The position numbers and the translations under genes were made by a program. DNA of 60,313 nt, counting the filler, from Squatina squatina (Eukaryota), in assembly GCA_031763465.1 (NCBI GenBank). It is 3 parts of 3 records of this genome, joined end to end, with 100 filler letters (N's around TTAATTAATTAA, not from the genome) between each part and the next. Parts side by side here need not be neighbours in the genome. Positions count along the whole stretch, not along the records: positions 1 to 18,515 come from JARFOE010000042.1; positions 18,616 to 34,420 come from JARFOE010000046.1; 1 more part is not named here. One strand, written 5' to 3'. Each line of letters opens with the position of its first letter. Position 1 is the first letter of the stretch. The notes beneath the pieces are model-generated. The model worked only from the letters and a program-made list of their open reading frames with translations, was not told the origin of the DNA and did no database searches. Of this stretch, positions 10,614-22,279 are shown one piece after another.

Positions 10614-13469
10614 CTCGTGGAACCTCCAACATATATCGACAAGCTCCCGGAACCTCATACAAATATTGTCACACTTCCGGGACCTCCTACAAATATTGAC
10701 ACATTCCCAGAATCTCCTACAAATCTTGACACACACCCGGGACGTCCGACAAATATTGATGCACACGCCGAACCTCTTTGAAATATTGACAGACTTCCAG
10801 GATTCTCCTACAAATATTGACACACTCCCAGGACCTCCTGGAATTATTGACACCCTCTCGGGACCTCCAACTGATATTGACACACTCGTGGGATCTTCTA
10901 CAAAACTTGATACACTCCCAGAACATCCTATAAATATTGACACACTCCCAGGACCTCCAACTAATATTGACACACTCCCGGAACATCCTACAAATATTGA
11001 CAATCTCCTGGAACCTCCTATATATACTGATACCATTGTGGAACCTGTTACATATATTGACAAGCTCCCGGAACCTCATGCAAATATTGACACACTCCTG
11101 GAACCTCATTCAAATATTGACACATTCCCGGAACCTCCTACAAATACTGATACCCGCGTGGAAACTTCTACATATACTGACAAGCTCCCGGAACCGCCTC
11201 CAAATATTGACACACTCCTGGAACCTCCTACAAATATTCACACACTCCCAGGACCACCTACTAATATTGACACACCCCAGAACCTCCTACAAATATTGAT
11301 GCATTCCCGGTAGCTGCTGGAAATATTTCCACACTTCTGGGAACTCCTACTAATATTGACACACACACACACAACCTCCTGCAAATACTGACACACTCCC
11401 AGAACCTCCTACAAATATTGACACACTCCCGGGACCTCCTACTAATATTGGCACTCTCCAGGACCTCCTAGTACTATTGACATGCACCTGGTATTTCCTA
11501 CAAATAGTTATACACTCCTGGAACCTCCTACAAATATTGATACACTCCTGGAACCTCCTACAAATATTCGCACACTCCTGGAACCTCCTACAAATATTGA
11601 CACACTCCCGGGACCACCTGCAAATATTGACACACTCCTGGAACCTCCTACAAATATTGACACACTCTGGAGACATCCTACAAATATTCGCACATTCCTG
11701 GAACCTCCTACAAATATTGACACACTCTGGAGACATCCTACAAATACTGACACACTCTGGAGACATCCTACAAATATTGACACACTCCTGGGCCTCCTAC
11801 AAATATTGACACACCCCCGGGACCTCCTACAAATATTGACACACCCCCAGGACCTCCTACAAATATTGACACACTCCCGGGACCTCCTACAAATATTGAC
11901 ACACTCCCAGGACCTCCTACAAATATTGACACACCCCCAGGACCTCCTACAAATATTGACACACCCCCAGGGCCTCCTACAAATATTGACACACCCCTGG
12001 GACCACCTACAAATATTGACACACTCCCGGGACCTCCTACAAATATTGACACACCCCCGGGACCTCCTACAAATATTGACACACTCCCGGGACCTCCTAC
12101 AAATATTGACACACTCCCAGGACCACCTACAAATATTGACACACTCCCGGGCCCACCTACAAATATTGACACACCCCCAGGACCACCTACAAATATTGAC
12201 ACACTCCCGGGACCACTTACAAATATTGACACACCCCCAGGACCTCCTACAAATATTGCCACACTCCCGGGACCACCTACAAATATTGACACACCCCCAG
12301 GACCACCTACAAATATTGACACACTCCCGGGACCTCCTACAAATATTGACACATTCCCGGAAGCTCCTTCAAATATTGACACATTCCCGGGGATCCCCTA
12401 CAAATATTAACACATTCCCGGAACCTCCTACAAACATTAACACACTCCCGGGACATCTCACAAATATTGCCAAACTCCCGGAACCTCCTTCAAATATTGA
12501 CACATTCCTGGGGATCTCCTACAAATAATTACACACTCCCGGAACCTCCTACAAATATTGACACATTCCTGGGGATCTCCTACAAATAATTACACACTCC
12601 TGGAACCTCCTGCAAATATTGACACATTCCTGGGGATCTCCTACAAATAATTACACACTCCCGGAACCTCCTACAAATATTGACACACTCCTGGGACATC
12701 CAAAAAATATTGGCACACACCCGGAATGTCCAAAAACTATTGACATAGTCCGGAGCCTCCTACAAATATTGACACACTCCTGGGACATCCTACAAATACT
12801 GACACACACCCGGGACCTACGACAAATATTGACACACTCCCGGAACATCCTACAAATATTGACAGACTCCAGGGACGTCCGACAAATATTGATACACTCC
12901 CGGGACGTCCGACAAATATTGACACTCCCCCGGGGACCTCCTACTAATATTGACACACTCCCGGAACCTCCTGCAAATATTGACACACTCCCGGGGTTCT
13001 CCTACAAATAATGACACACTTGCAGAAGCTTCTCCAATTAATGACACACTCCCACGACATCCTACAAATATTGACACATACCCAGGACCTATGACAAATA
13101 TTGCCACAGTCCGCAACCTCCTACATATATTGACACACTCTGGGAACCTCCTGCAAATATTAACACTCTCCCAGTTATTTCTACAAATATTGACACACTC
13201 CCAGGATCTCCTACTAATATTGACACACTCCCGGAAACTCCTGCAAATATTAACACACTCCCGGAAGCTCCTACATATATTGACACACACTGGGAACCTC
13301 CTGCAAATATTAGCACTTTCCCGGGTACTTCTACAAATATTGACATACTTCCAGGATCTCATACAAATATTGACACACTCCCGGAACATCCTATAAATAT
13401 TGACGCACACCCAGGACATCCTACAAATATTGACACGCTCCCAGGACCTCCGACAAATACTGGCACGCT
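10614..13469. repeat. 30-bp minisatellite, ~95 copies, consensus GGACCTCCTACAAATATTGACACACTCCCG
   Basis: Directly visible tandem units, two per 60-nt line in register; near-identical at ~11790-12360 and more diverged outward; bounded by N gaps on both sides. Confidence 0.98.
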
Positions 13470-13569
13470 NNNNNNNNNNNNNNNNNNNNNNNNNNNNNNN
13501 NNNNNNNNNNNNNNNNNNNNNNNNNNNNNNNNNNNNNNNNNNNNNNNNNNNNNNNNNNNNNNNNNNNNN

Positions 13570-13752
13570 AAAAAAAATCTCCTCCCTGATTCTTTTGCCG
13601 CTTATATTAAATCTGTGTCCTCTGGTTACCGACCCTTCGACCAGTGGAAACAGTTTCTCCCTATTTACTCCATCAAAACCCTTCAGAGTTTTGAACAACT
13701 CTTTTAAATCTCCCCTTAACCTTCTCTGATCCAAGGAGAGCAATCCCAGCTT
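13570..13752 (-). mobile_element. CR1 LINE fragment
   Basis: KLGLLSLDQRRLRGDLKELFKTLKGFDGVNREKLFPLVEGSVTRGHRFNISGKR. Confidence 0.88.
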
Positions 13753-14119
13753 CGATAACGGTTCGATAAATGTTATTAAGGCCACCATGTTAACCAATAC
13801 AAGAAAAGTACAGCTTCACTAGTGACGTCCACCAGGGAGAAATGCATAGTTCCATAACAAATTGTTAACCAAGTAATTCACCAGGTACCAGAACCATTGG
13901 GAGAACATCTCTTACCCTTGATCAATATCATAAAAAGGAATATTATTGTGACTTGTGTAAGAATACATAATTCACTGAAAAGTTTGCTGTAACTTGACCA
14001 AACTTAAAAGTTGACCAAATTTTATTTACCAGCATGTTTTGAGAGGCCAAGAAACTTGTTGCTGAACAAACTCTGCAAAAATAGAACTGCTGTGGTTGCT
14101 GTGGAAAACTTGTTGCTGC

Positions 14120-14462
14120 AACGGGCCCCTTAAAAGTGAGGGTGTCTCCACCTCTGGCGGCCTTTTTTTTTCATTGGCTGACTAGAAAGTCAGCCGATAA
14201 ATAGCGGCCCCTCGGCCGGAATGCGCCACCATCTCCTCACCTGGCACACCAACNNNNNNNNNNCAACTGCCGTACCAGGCGAGTGCCCCGGTCGCCGGCT
14301 GCCACTGAAGCCACGCCACTGGCGTCCGGGAGCACGCTGTGTCCCGCAGGCGCCCCGGAGTAGCGAACACCGGGACGGCTGGGGCAGGGTGGACGTCAGT
14401 GAGCAAAATGCTGGCTCCTGCCCCATACGCATTTCCAGCACACAGGAGACAATTTTGGCCCT
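14120..14462. mobile_element. GC/CpG-rich block, probable non-autonomous DNA-transposon end
   Basis: CpG-rich relative to its flanks; ends in caattttggccc, the reverse complement of the GGCC(C)AGAAATT/GGCCAGATTTT-type starts at ~24517 and ~30234. Confidence 0.4.
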
Positions 14463-16401
14463 GAAGTATCCAGCCTTGAGGCGCACTGACTAACTGACAA
14501 AAACAGATAAGGGTAGAGAGAGAGAAAAACAACTGCTGACCATTATACACACAGCTTGAGTGGGCAGGCTGCCAAGTGTTGGGTTATAAAAAGTGCTGCT
14601 AAAAGACACTCAGGGCAACTTGATCAGTTGCCAGGCACGAGTCACTGCCGAACCGACCATTCACTGGTGTTAGTACGTATGCCTTTTGCTTATAATCACC
14701 TGAGTTTCTGGTGCGCATTGTAGCCTGAGCATGCATACTTAGAATATAGAGTACAGGTTACAGCCTGTGCATGGAAGGGTAAGGTACAGGTTATAGCCTA
14801 TGCACCCTTATTTAGAATAAATATTTTTGGGTGAGCTTGCTTGTAACCTCTTGCTGATTTTTAAGTAAAGGAAACTTGCTCCAGAAATCTTTGTCTTGAG
14901 TTGTCTGTTCCATGGGTCCGAACTCTATAAGCTGTTGGACGGATTAAAGAACAGGGGAATTTAAACATCCTACACTTGCCTTTACATTAACCATGTACAG
15001 GGAATTAATTAATCAGAGTACAAGAACAAAGCACAAAGTTTTGTTATGAGCCAGGCAATGTCTTTTGCACCCTTAGAAAATATACAGAAAGGAATCTCAC
15101 CAGATGTTGAGCAATGGTGTGGAGTGGGCTGAGCTACATTGAGAATAATTATTTGCTTCCTAGCATTTTATAGCTTTTCCTCGGATTCTAACAGGTTCAC
15201 TCTATCTGAAGATCCACACAGGGGAGATGAATGGTTTTCAAGAATTCCAAAATTACATTTCAAAATCCTAAAGAGGAATGTAGCTCACTGAAACAGGAAA
15301 TCCATCCATAAATACGGGCACAAGTCAGGAAGCAACAATATTGCAGTTAATGGTAAATGGAGCACACAGACCACCTACATTAAATGTGATCAAGTTCATT
15401 AGGACCACTGTGCATCTCTGATTTGCTGGCAAAATCATCAATTACTAGAAATGGGTTGATTTATGTTCACAGTACTCCAACCCAAAAAATAAATGAAGCT
15501 TTTAAAAAATTTAATTGTAATAACAGTACCGCACTACTGTACCAAATCTGGGTGCATTTACTCTTCAGGGTCTACTGATTAGAAAGCAAGTTTCCTGAGC
15601 CATTTGAAGACAAATAGCAGCAATGAAAAAGCTGTATTTGTCTGGTCGCTGGCCATTACTGAGCCAAGTCCTCCATTTGCAGTGTGCATCAATAATTCAA
15701 ATATTTATATTAACATTTTTATTGTTCCTTTTCATGCAGTTAAAGGATAGCCTCATGGAGTCTGGTGTGATCCAAGATTTCTACAATGAATAGAATCAAC
15801 CACACAGAATGCAAGCCATAAGGCTGGCAATATCCAGTGGGGCCTAAAAGTTGCATTGTCCTGGTCCCCATGTGGTATACTGCCTGTGCAGTGAAAGTGC
15901 TGTGAAATGTCAGTGCTTTCTGAATATGTATGCATTTTAGTTTTGTGTGAGTGCCCGACATAGTCCAGCAATGATCAGAAAGCCTCAGTAAGCCCTCAGT
16001 ACCGCTTATACCGTTTCCTATAAAATACTGAGTAGTCTGAATTCTTCACAGTAGATACCGTTTATCAACGATTTTTAAAATTGACGTACGAGTCATTCCT
16101 GGAACTATTTCTCATAGAAAGCGTAGAATCCCTTGCTGATTTTAGTTGGAGATCGCAATTCACTCATCATATTCTAATCTGCCTCAGCTAAAATCTTCAC
16201 GTCTTCTTTCCTTCCATGAATAGCGTAGTCTGCGTTTACAGAAAGGCAAGCTTCAGAAACTTTTAGATCTTAACTCATCCTTTGCCAGTACTTCTGCCAA
16301 TTAAACGGATACATTTCTAAGTCTTAAGATTTTACTTCCCTTACACAACAGCTCCAGCATTCATGTAAAGGAGTTTTCACTTTGCACTGATGCTCCCAGT
16401 A

Positions 16402-16573
16402 GGGGGTAATCTTGACTTTGGGCGATTGTGTTCAATGGGCGATATCCGATCGCCTGCCATTTATAGATTTCTCCCATTGCCTTCAATGGAAATGAAAATT
16501 GGGAGAGATGTACACCGGGAAGCCGGTCCAATATCACCCGTTTTACACTATTGCCAAAGTCAAAACTACCCCG
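16402..16573. mobile_element. Fold-back MITE (~170 bp imperfect palindrome)
   Basis: Left arm ggggtaatcttgactttgggcgattgtgttcaatgggcgatat... aligns with the reverse complement of the right arm (ggggtagttttgactttggcaatagtgtaaaacgggtgatat...); central ccattgccttcaatgg palindrome. Confidence 0.8.
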
Positions 16574-17231
16574 CTATAGTGTAAATATGGAGTTAAGACT
16601 TAACAGGGCATCACAATGGGACTCCCTCCTCCGGGGAGCCTTGATCTGCTTTGCAGTTACGTCAGGCCCCGACTCCAGAGTTGGGCTGCAATTGCACTAC
16701 AGAGTTCATTTTGCGAGGAAAGACGTCCGATGCAGAAACTTGCTTGAGCGAACCCAGAATGGAGGATTGAGCATGGCCGTCAGAGTGCCTAATTTGTGGC
16801 ACTCCTAATTTTCTGATGAATTTGATTGAGTGGAAATCCATGAGTGCTGTGAATCAAGCCTGTTGACTCCAGTATTGATTCTCCAATCTGTGCTTCCATT
16901 AAATGAGGCTCCACACTGGGAGCAGAACATGCAAAATTTACACTAAAACTGCACAAACTAGTTGTGTAAATGCACCCTTAAATCTCGGTCTCATTTTCAC
17001 AAGCTTTCATAGCACATTATAATGTGTGCATGCTTATGACGTGCTTATANNNNNNNNNNNNNNNNNNNNNNNNNNNNNNNNNNNNNNNNNNNNNNNNNNN
17101 NNNNNNNNNNNNNNNNNNNNNNNNNNNNNNNNNNNNNNNNNNNNNNNNNCAGTGTTGGAGTAAGAGCTCGAGAGCCATCTAGCAGCCCGAGCCTGTAACT
17201 ACCTCAAAAGTTGGCAGTGAAACTGAATGGA

Positions 17232-17610
17232 AATTTTTAAAAAATTCATTCACAGGATGTGGGCGTCGCTGGCAAACCCAACATTTTATTACCCATCCCT
17301 AATTGCCCTCGAGAAGGTGGTGGCGAGCTGCTGCCTTGAATACAACTGATGACTTGTTAGGCCATTTCAGAGGGCCACATTGTTGTTGGTCTGGAGTCAC
17401 GTCTAGGCCAGGGCGGCAGATTTCCTTCCCAAAAGGGCATTAGTGAACCAGATGGGTTTTTACGACAATCCATTACTGACACTTTTTAATTCCAGATTTA
17501 TTTAATGGAATTTAAATTCCCCAGCTGCTGTGGTGGGATTTGAACTCATGTCTCTGGATCCAGGCCTCTGGATTACTGGGCCAGTAACATAACCACTATG
17601 GTATCGCACC
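17232..17610 (-). mobile_element. Full-length tRNA-headed SINE sharing body and tail with LINE-B
   Basis: B box GTTCAAATCCC (17535-17545, minus) and an A-box-like tagtggttatgttactgg; body matches 1810-1978; tail (ccaccaccttctcgagggcaatt...gccagcgacgcccacatcc) matches LINE 3' ends at 22175-22279 and 48170-48260. Confidence 0.8.
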
Positions 17611-17981
17611 CAAAGTTTGACATACCAATTTCCACGGGAAAAGCTGACAGACGTGTGACCAAAAATAATAGAAAATAACATTTGTGGATAGGAAATGCAC
17701 ATCCTATTAAATATTTTGAATAGAGATCAATGAAAGCACCTTTAGCAGCATTGAAAAGGCAGAGAGCCTGAGTGGCAGGTGCACTGCATAGCAACTTTAT
17801 TTAAGTGAACAAAATGATGGATCAGCTCTTCCCCCAATGCCTTGATGACAATCATATGGCACCATGAAGCACACGGTGACTNNNNNNNNNNNNNNNNNNN
17901 NNNNNNNNNNNNNNNNNNNNNNNNNNNNNNNNNNNNNNNNNNNNNNNNNNNNNNNNNNNNNNNNNNNNNNNNNNNNNNNNN

Positions 17982-18401
17982 GGCAGATTTTCATGAGCAT
18001 CTTAAAGGAGGAGAGAGAGGCAGTGAGGTTTACGGACGAAATTCCAGAGCTCAGGGCCCAGGTAGCTGAAGGCATGGCCACCAATTGTGGAGCGATTAAA
18101 ATCAGGGATGCGCAGGAGGTGGGAATTGGAGGAGCGCAGAGATCTCAGAGAGTTGTCGGGCTGGAGGAGGTTACAGAGGTAGGGAGGGATGAGGCCATGG
18201 AGGGATTTGAAAACAAGATGAGAATTTTAAAATGGATGCATTGCTGGACCGGGAGCAAACGTAGGTCAGTGAGCACAGCAATGATGTGTGAACGGGACTT
18301 GATGTGAGTTAGGACAGCAGAGTTTTGGATGATTTCAAGTTTATGCAGGGTGGAAGATGGGAGGTCGATCAGGAGAGTTTTGGAATAATCAAGTCGAGAG
18401 G
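17982..18401 (-). mobile_element. L2 LINE 3' fragment
   Basis: Reverse complement of the L2 at 3424-3930 (ggcccaggtagctgaaggc, gattaaaatcagggatgc, aaaacaagatgagaattttaaaat). Confidence 0.85.
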
Positions 18402-18515
18402 TGTTTTTATATTGGTCTAATATATGCTGTTCTTAGTTTGGCGTAACTTTTAACCCTCAAAAGGGCAGGCGACTCAAAAGTGCAGGGTTAATCGAGAAAA
18501 TAACAGTATTTTTCT

Positions 18516-18615
18516 NNNNNNNNNNNNNNNNNNNNNNNNNNNNNNNNNNNNNNNNNNNNTTAATTAATTAANNNNNNNNNNNNNNNNNNNNNNNNNNNNN
18601 NNNNNNNNNNNNNNN
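18516..18615. other. Artificial scaffold linker (44 N + TTAATTAATTAA + 44 N)
   Basis: A 12-mer with stops in all six frames centred in exactly 100 nt; identical construct at 34421-34520. Confidence 0.95.
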
Positions 18616-19095
18616 GTAACCTCAATTCCCATCTATAATTCTCCAAAGAAACACATGTAACTATTGATCTAAGAGAAACCATTGTAAGATGTGAAGTTGC
18701 ACCCAATGGATTGACATAAAGTCGCATAAAGTTTGGAGTTTCATACAACTGTTATCTTCCTAATGCATTTCTTTTATATGAATTATGTACCTAAGGCTAA
18801 TTCCAAAAATATGTGCTGCTGGTGGGGAGCCTCGCCTGCTGGGATCATATATCGGCAAATCCTTTGGAAGAAAAATCACAAGGAGCACTCCTGCAATTTC
18901 CTGACACGCTCCCAGTGGTAAAGATTCCACACCAGCAGAGTACATTTGTAAAATCAGCTGTAAGGTGTGCAGAAGAAAAACATTAAGAAGATAACAATTG
19001 TGGAATTTTAAAACTGTAGCAGAGTATTTTTCTCTATGGTGAGTGAGATTTCAGCCTTGCACTTCTTACCTGTACTTCCATACTGCATGTTGTAG

Positions 19096-19237
19096 GCGGC
19101 AGTGGCTGCTGCGGGTCTCGAGGACATGCTCAGCAGAGAAGGAGAATACACAATCTTTGCTCCCACTGATGAAGCGTTCAGCAAGATACCACCTGCCACT
19201 CTGAACAGGATCTTAGGAGATCCAGAGGCTTTGAAAT
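19096..19237 (+). CDS. TGFBI: TGFBI (betaig-h3) internal exon, FAS1-2 domain (human exon 7 equivalent)
   Basis: tgttgtag|GCG...AAA T|gtaagg, 142 bp; [47 protein letters not shown] versus human [47 protein letters not shown] (recalled); much closer to TGFBI than to POSTN. Confidence 0.95.
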
Positions 19238-19324
19238 GTAAGGTGGAACTTAACAATACAATATGGTTGTTAATACAAGCCAATAAAATATCTAATATTC
19301 TGCTTATAGAGTAATGTCACATAC

Positions 19325-19459
19325 TATTTACAGCGCAAAAACAGGTCATTCAACCCAACTGGTCCATACCAGTGTTTATGCTCCACACGAGCCTCCTTTC
19401 ACCCTTCTACATTTAACCCCATCAACATATCCCTTTATTCCTTTTTCCATCATGTGCTT
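19325..19459 (-). mobile_element. CR1 3' UTR fragment
   Basis: acagcgcaaaaacaggtcattcaacccaactggtccatacc... matches the CR1 tail at 53706-53860. Confidence 0.65.
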
Positions 19460-19795
19460 NNNNNNNNNNNNNNNNNNNNNNNNNNNNNNNNNNNNNNNNN
19501 NNNNNNNNNNNNNNNNNNNNNNNNNNNNNNNNNNNNNNNNNNNNNNNNNNNNNNNNNNNATGGAATGGGAGACTAGAAATAAAATGATTATAATTAATCT
19601 TTAGAATAAAAATCAGAACCTTTTCTCCCAGCACAATGACTGGGAATGATACAAAGTTAGTTAATATTTTAAATATAACCATATGTTGGAAATAGGACAT
19701 TGGCAGAGTAGGAACTGAAGCCTAAGGTGTAAAGAATATAAAGTTTGGATCGAGAAAATGTCGTCTGACCCATCAAATTATCTGTTCTCTTTAAG

Positions 19796-19932
19796 GCTTT
19801 ATGCATTGAAAACACATGTATTGCTGCACATGACAGAAGAGGGAGATATGGTTCAATGATGATAATGGACAAGATACTGACTCCTCCAGCTGGCACAATC
19901 ATGGACATTCTGAAAGCTGATGATCGCTTCAG
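19796..19932 (+). CDS. TGFBI: TGFBI internal exon, FAS1-3/FAS1-4 junction (human exon 11 equivalent)
   Basis: ttctctttaag|GCT...TTC AG|gtatgg, 137 bp; [46 protein letters not shown] versus human [46 protein letters not shown]. Confidence 0.96.
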
Positions 19933-20448
19933 GTATGGAATAAGATAAAACTGAATTTTCATTTCCCACAGCAGTAAGTAAACATGAGGAGCTTGAGTGA
20001 CTTCTAAATAGTAAAAATATTACTCAAAAAACACAATCAGGGGTTTAATGGACCTTGTAGTAATGCAGCTCATGTTGCACAAACAGACTGGTCATGGATG
20101 TAGCTCATGCCCATAGTTCTGATATAGTTGTTAGCAATTTGAGTCATGTGGTTGACAACGGGATGGAAAATCAAGGAACGGGTCATTCCAGCAATTATTC
20201 TTGGTTTTAGTCTGTCACAGAATGGCCCTGAAGGAGACCTGGCAATGGATCACCTGCTCATCTTCACAATCAGGGTAATAAGTGGCACAAAGAAACAGAG
20301 AGGGGGAAAGGGGGAGTAAAACACTTAAATATTGAAAAGTTTATGTTCTGTGTTGCCGATTCCATTAGGGTATGTATTCACTAAAAAATTAATAGAATTA
20401 ATTTGATAATTAGAATATTTTGCTTAATTAACTTTTTGATTATTGCAG

Positions 20449-20579
20449 TATGCTGGTGGGAGCCATCCAGACAGCAGGACTTACTGAATCTCTCAACAGA
20501 CCTGGCACATTCACATTCTTTGCACCAACCAATGAAGCTATCCTAGCTCTACCTAGCAGGGAACGGAACAGAGTGATTG
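20449..20579 (+). CDS. TGFBI: TGFBI internal exon, FAS1-4 domain (human exon 12 equivalent)
   Basis: tattgcag|T ATG...ATT G|gtaaaa, 131 bp, phase-compatible with the previous exon (AG|T = Ser); [44 protein letters not shown] versus human [44 protein letters not shown]. Confidence 0.96.
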
Positions 20580-21479
20580 GTAAAAGCTACAGCATGGATA
20601 CCATCTCACTTCAATATACCTGAAATATTGTAGCAGACTATTTAACTCTGTTTAGAAGATTCTATAGTACAAATGTTTAGTTAGCTTACCTGTTGGAAGT
20701 AATAGAAACCTGTAAACTGCTTAACAAATATCAATTTTCTGAAGTAAGTGCATTCAGACTTCTGCCCAGTAAATTCACCACCAGGTTCAGCAACCTAAGT
20801 GTGCGTAAGTCTCTCTCTCCAGCATTTACCATTTCCCTTCCAGCTGCCTTTTTTTCTACATAAACCCATTCCGGAATCACGTGGAATAATTTGTAGAGAA
20901 AGAATGTTTTTAGNNNNNNNNNNTTAGTTAGAGGTCATATAATCTTGGTGACATCCTTTGGGAATGGACTTTTTTTTCAGTCTGGCTATTTGTTCTTGCA
21001 GTAGTGGCCCTTTGCTGGGGAAGGCTAGAACTGTCCACTGCTCCTCAGTTCAGAGCTTTTGACTAGTGATCCTGATTGAAATATTGACTATTATCCCAGC
21101 CTGCTATGCTAGTTAACTTAATCACTTGAAGTTATACTAAGACCTCAGTGCCTTTGGTGTGTGATTATGTTCGTTCTATTGACCGGAGAACACTCTCCCT
21201 CGACTAATACCCTCCCTCCCCAACCACATTATCCAACTTGTTTTGGAAGGCTGGACAATAGAAACTATTAAAGTTGGTGCTTGGTTAAATTTCTCATTGG
21301 ATGTATCTCAGCAGTACAGGAAAGCATTCCTCCACAGTCAGTTTAACAGAGACCAAGAAACTCAGTCCAAAGTTGCATGAGTTTGAATGATGGCTGTTTT
21401 TTTCAGCCAAAACTTAAACATTTAACTGCCAATCCTTGTTTCTCTAATACTCTATTGTATTATGTCTATCTAAATGCAT

Positions 21480-22279
21480 GAAAATAAACTTGGGCTGATA
21501 AGTGGCAAGTAACATTCACAACACACAAGTGACAGGCAATAATTGTCTCCAATAAAAGAGAGCGTAACCACCTTCCCTTGATATTCAATGGTATTGCCAT
21601 CACCCAGTCTCCCACCACCAACATCCTGGGGTCATCATTGACCAGTAACTCAACTGAACCAGCCACATAAATGCCTCAGCTGCTCGACCAGGTCAGCGGC
21701 GAATGGCTCCGCTCCTGACTCCCCAAACCCTTTCTACCACATACAAGTAACAGGTCAGCCACGTACAAGTAACAGGTCAGAAGTGTGCTGGAATACTCTC
21801 CACTTTCCTGGATGGGTGCAGCTGCAACAACATTCAAGGAGCTCTACTTTATCCAGCACAAAACAGTCCACTTGATCAACACTTCACCTATTAGCCTAAA
21901 CATCCATTGCAGCCACAGTATGCTGTTGATGGATGAGGTGGTTGCAGTGTGCACTGCTTACAGGATGCACTGCAGCAACTCACCAAAGCTATTTCGGCAA
22001 CACCTTTGATAACCACAACCTCTAGCACCCAGAAGGACGAGGGCAGTAGGTTCATGGGAACACCATCACCTTCAATCCCCCTCCAAGTCACACACCATGA
22101 TGACTTGGACATATATTATTCATTCATTATCACTGGGTACAAAATTCTGGAGCTCCCCACCTAATAGCATTGCAGTTCAAGAAGAAGATCCACCACCACC
22201 TTTTCAAGGGCAACTTGGTGTGCACAATAAATACCAGACTCGCCAGTGACGCGCACATCCCAAGAATGGATTAAAAAAA
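21480..22279 (+). mobile_element. LINE-B RT C-terminus and 3' tail (intronic in TGFBI)
   Basis: WADKWQVTFTTHK*QAIIVSNKR..., NILGSSLT..., YK.QVRSVLEYSPLSWMGAAATT; tail caccaccaccttttcaagggg...aataaataccagactcgccagtgacgcgcacatcccaagaatggattaaaaaaa. Confidence 0.8.

Noticed and set aside
10614-13469. CRISPR array
   Set aside because: Units are head-to-tail with no unique spacers, there are no cas genes, and the context is vertebrate.
10426-13797. Long ORFs (295, 348, 204 and 315 aa) as mucin-, LRR- or keratin-associated-like genes
   Set aside because: They are by-products of the 30-nt unit, open in several frames on both strands, broken by 29/31-nt units, and run through N gaps into CR1 fragments.
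18560-18571. TTAATTAATTAA as a homeodomain site or biological repeat
   Set aside because: Centred in exactly 100 nt of N and duplicated at 34465; it is an assembly linker.
19096-20579. Periostin (POSTN)
   Set aside because: [12 protein letters not shown] and CIAAHD.RGRYG are TGFBI-type; POSTN has LERIMGDKVAS and CMEKGSKQGRNG at these positions.
21737-21780. 22-bp direct repeat (also an 18-bp one at ~49899-49936)
   Set aside because: Local slippage duplications inside decayed LINE copies, not target-site duplications or regulatory repeats.
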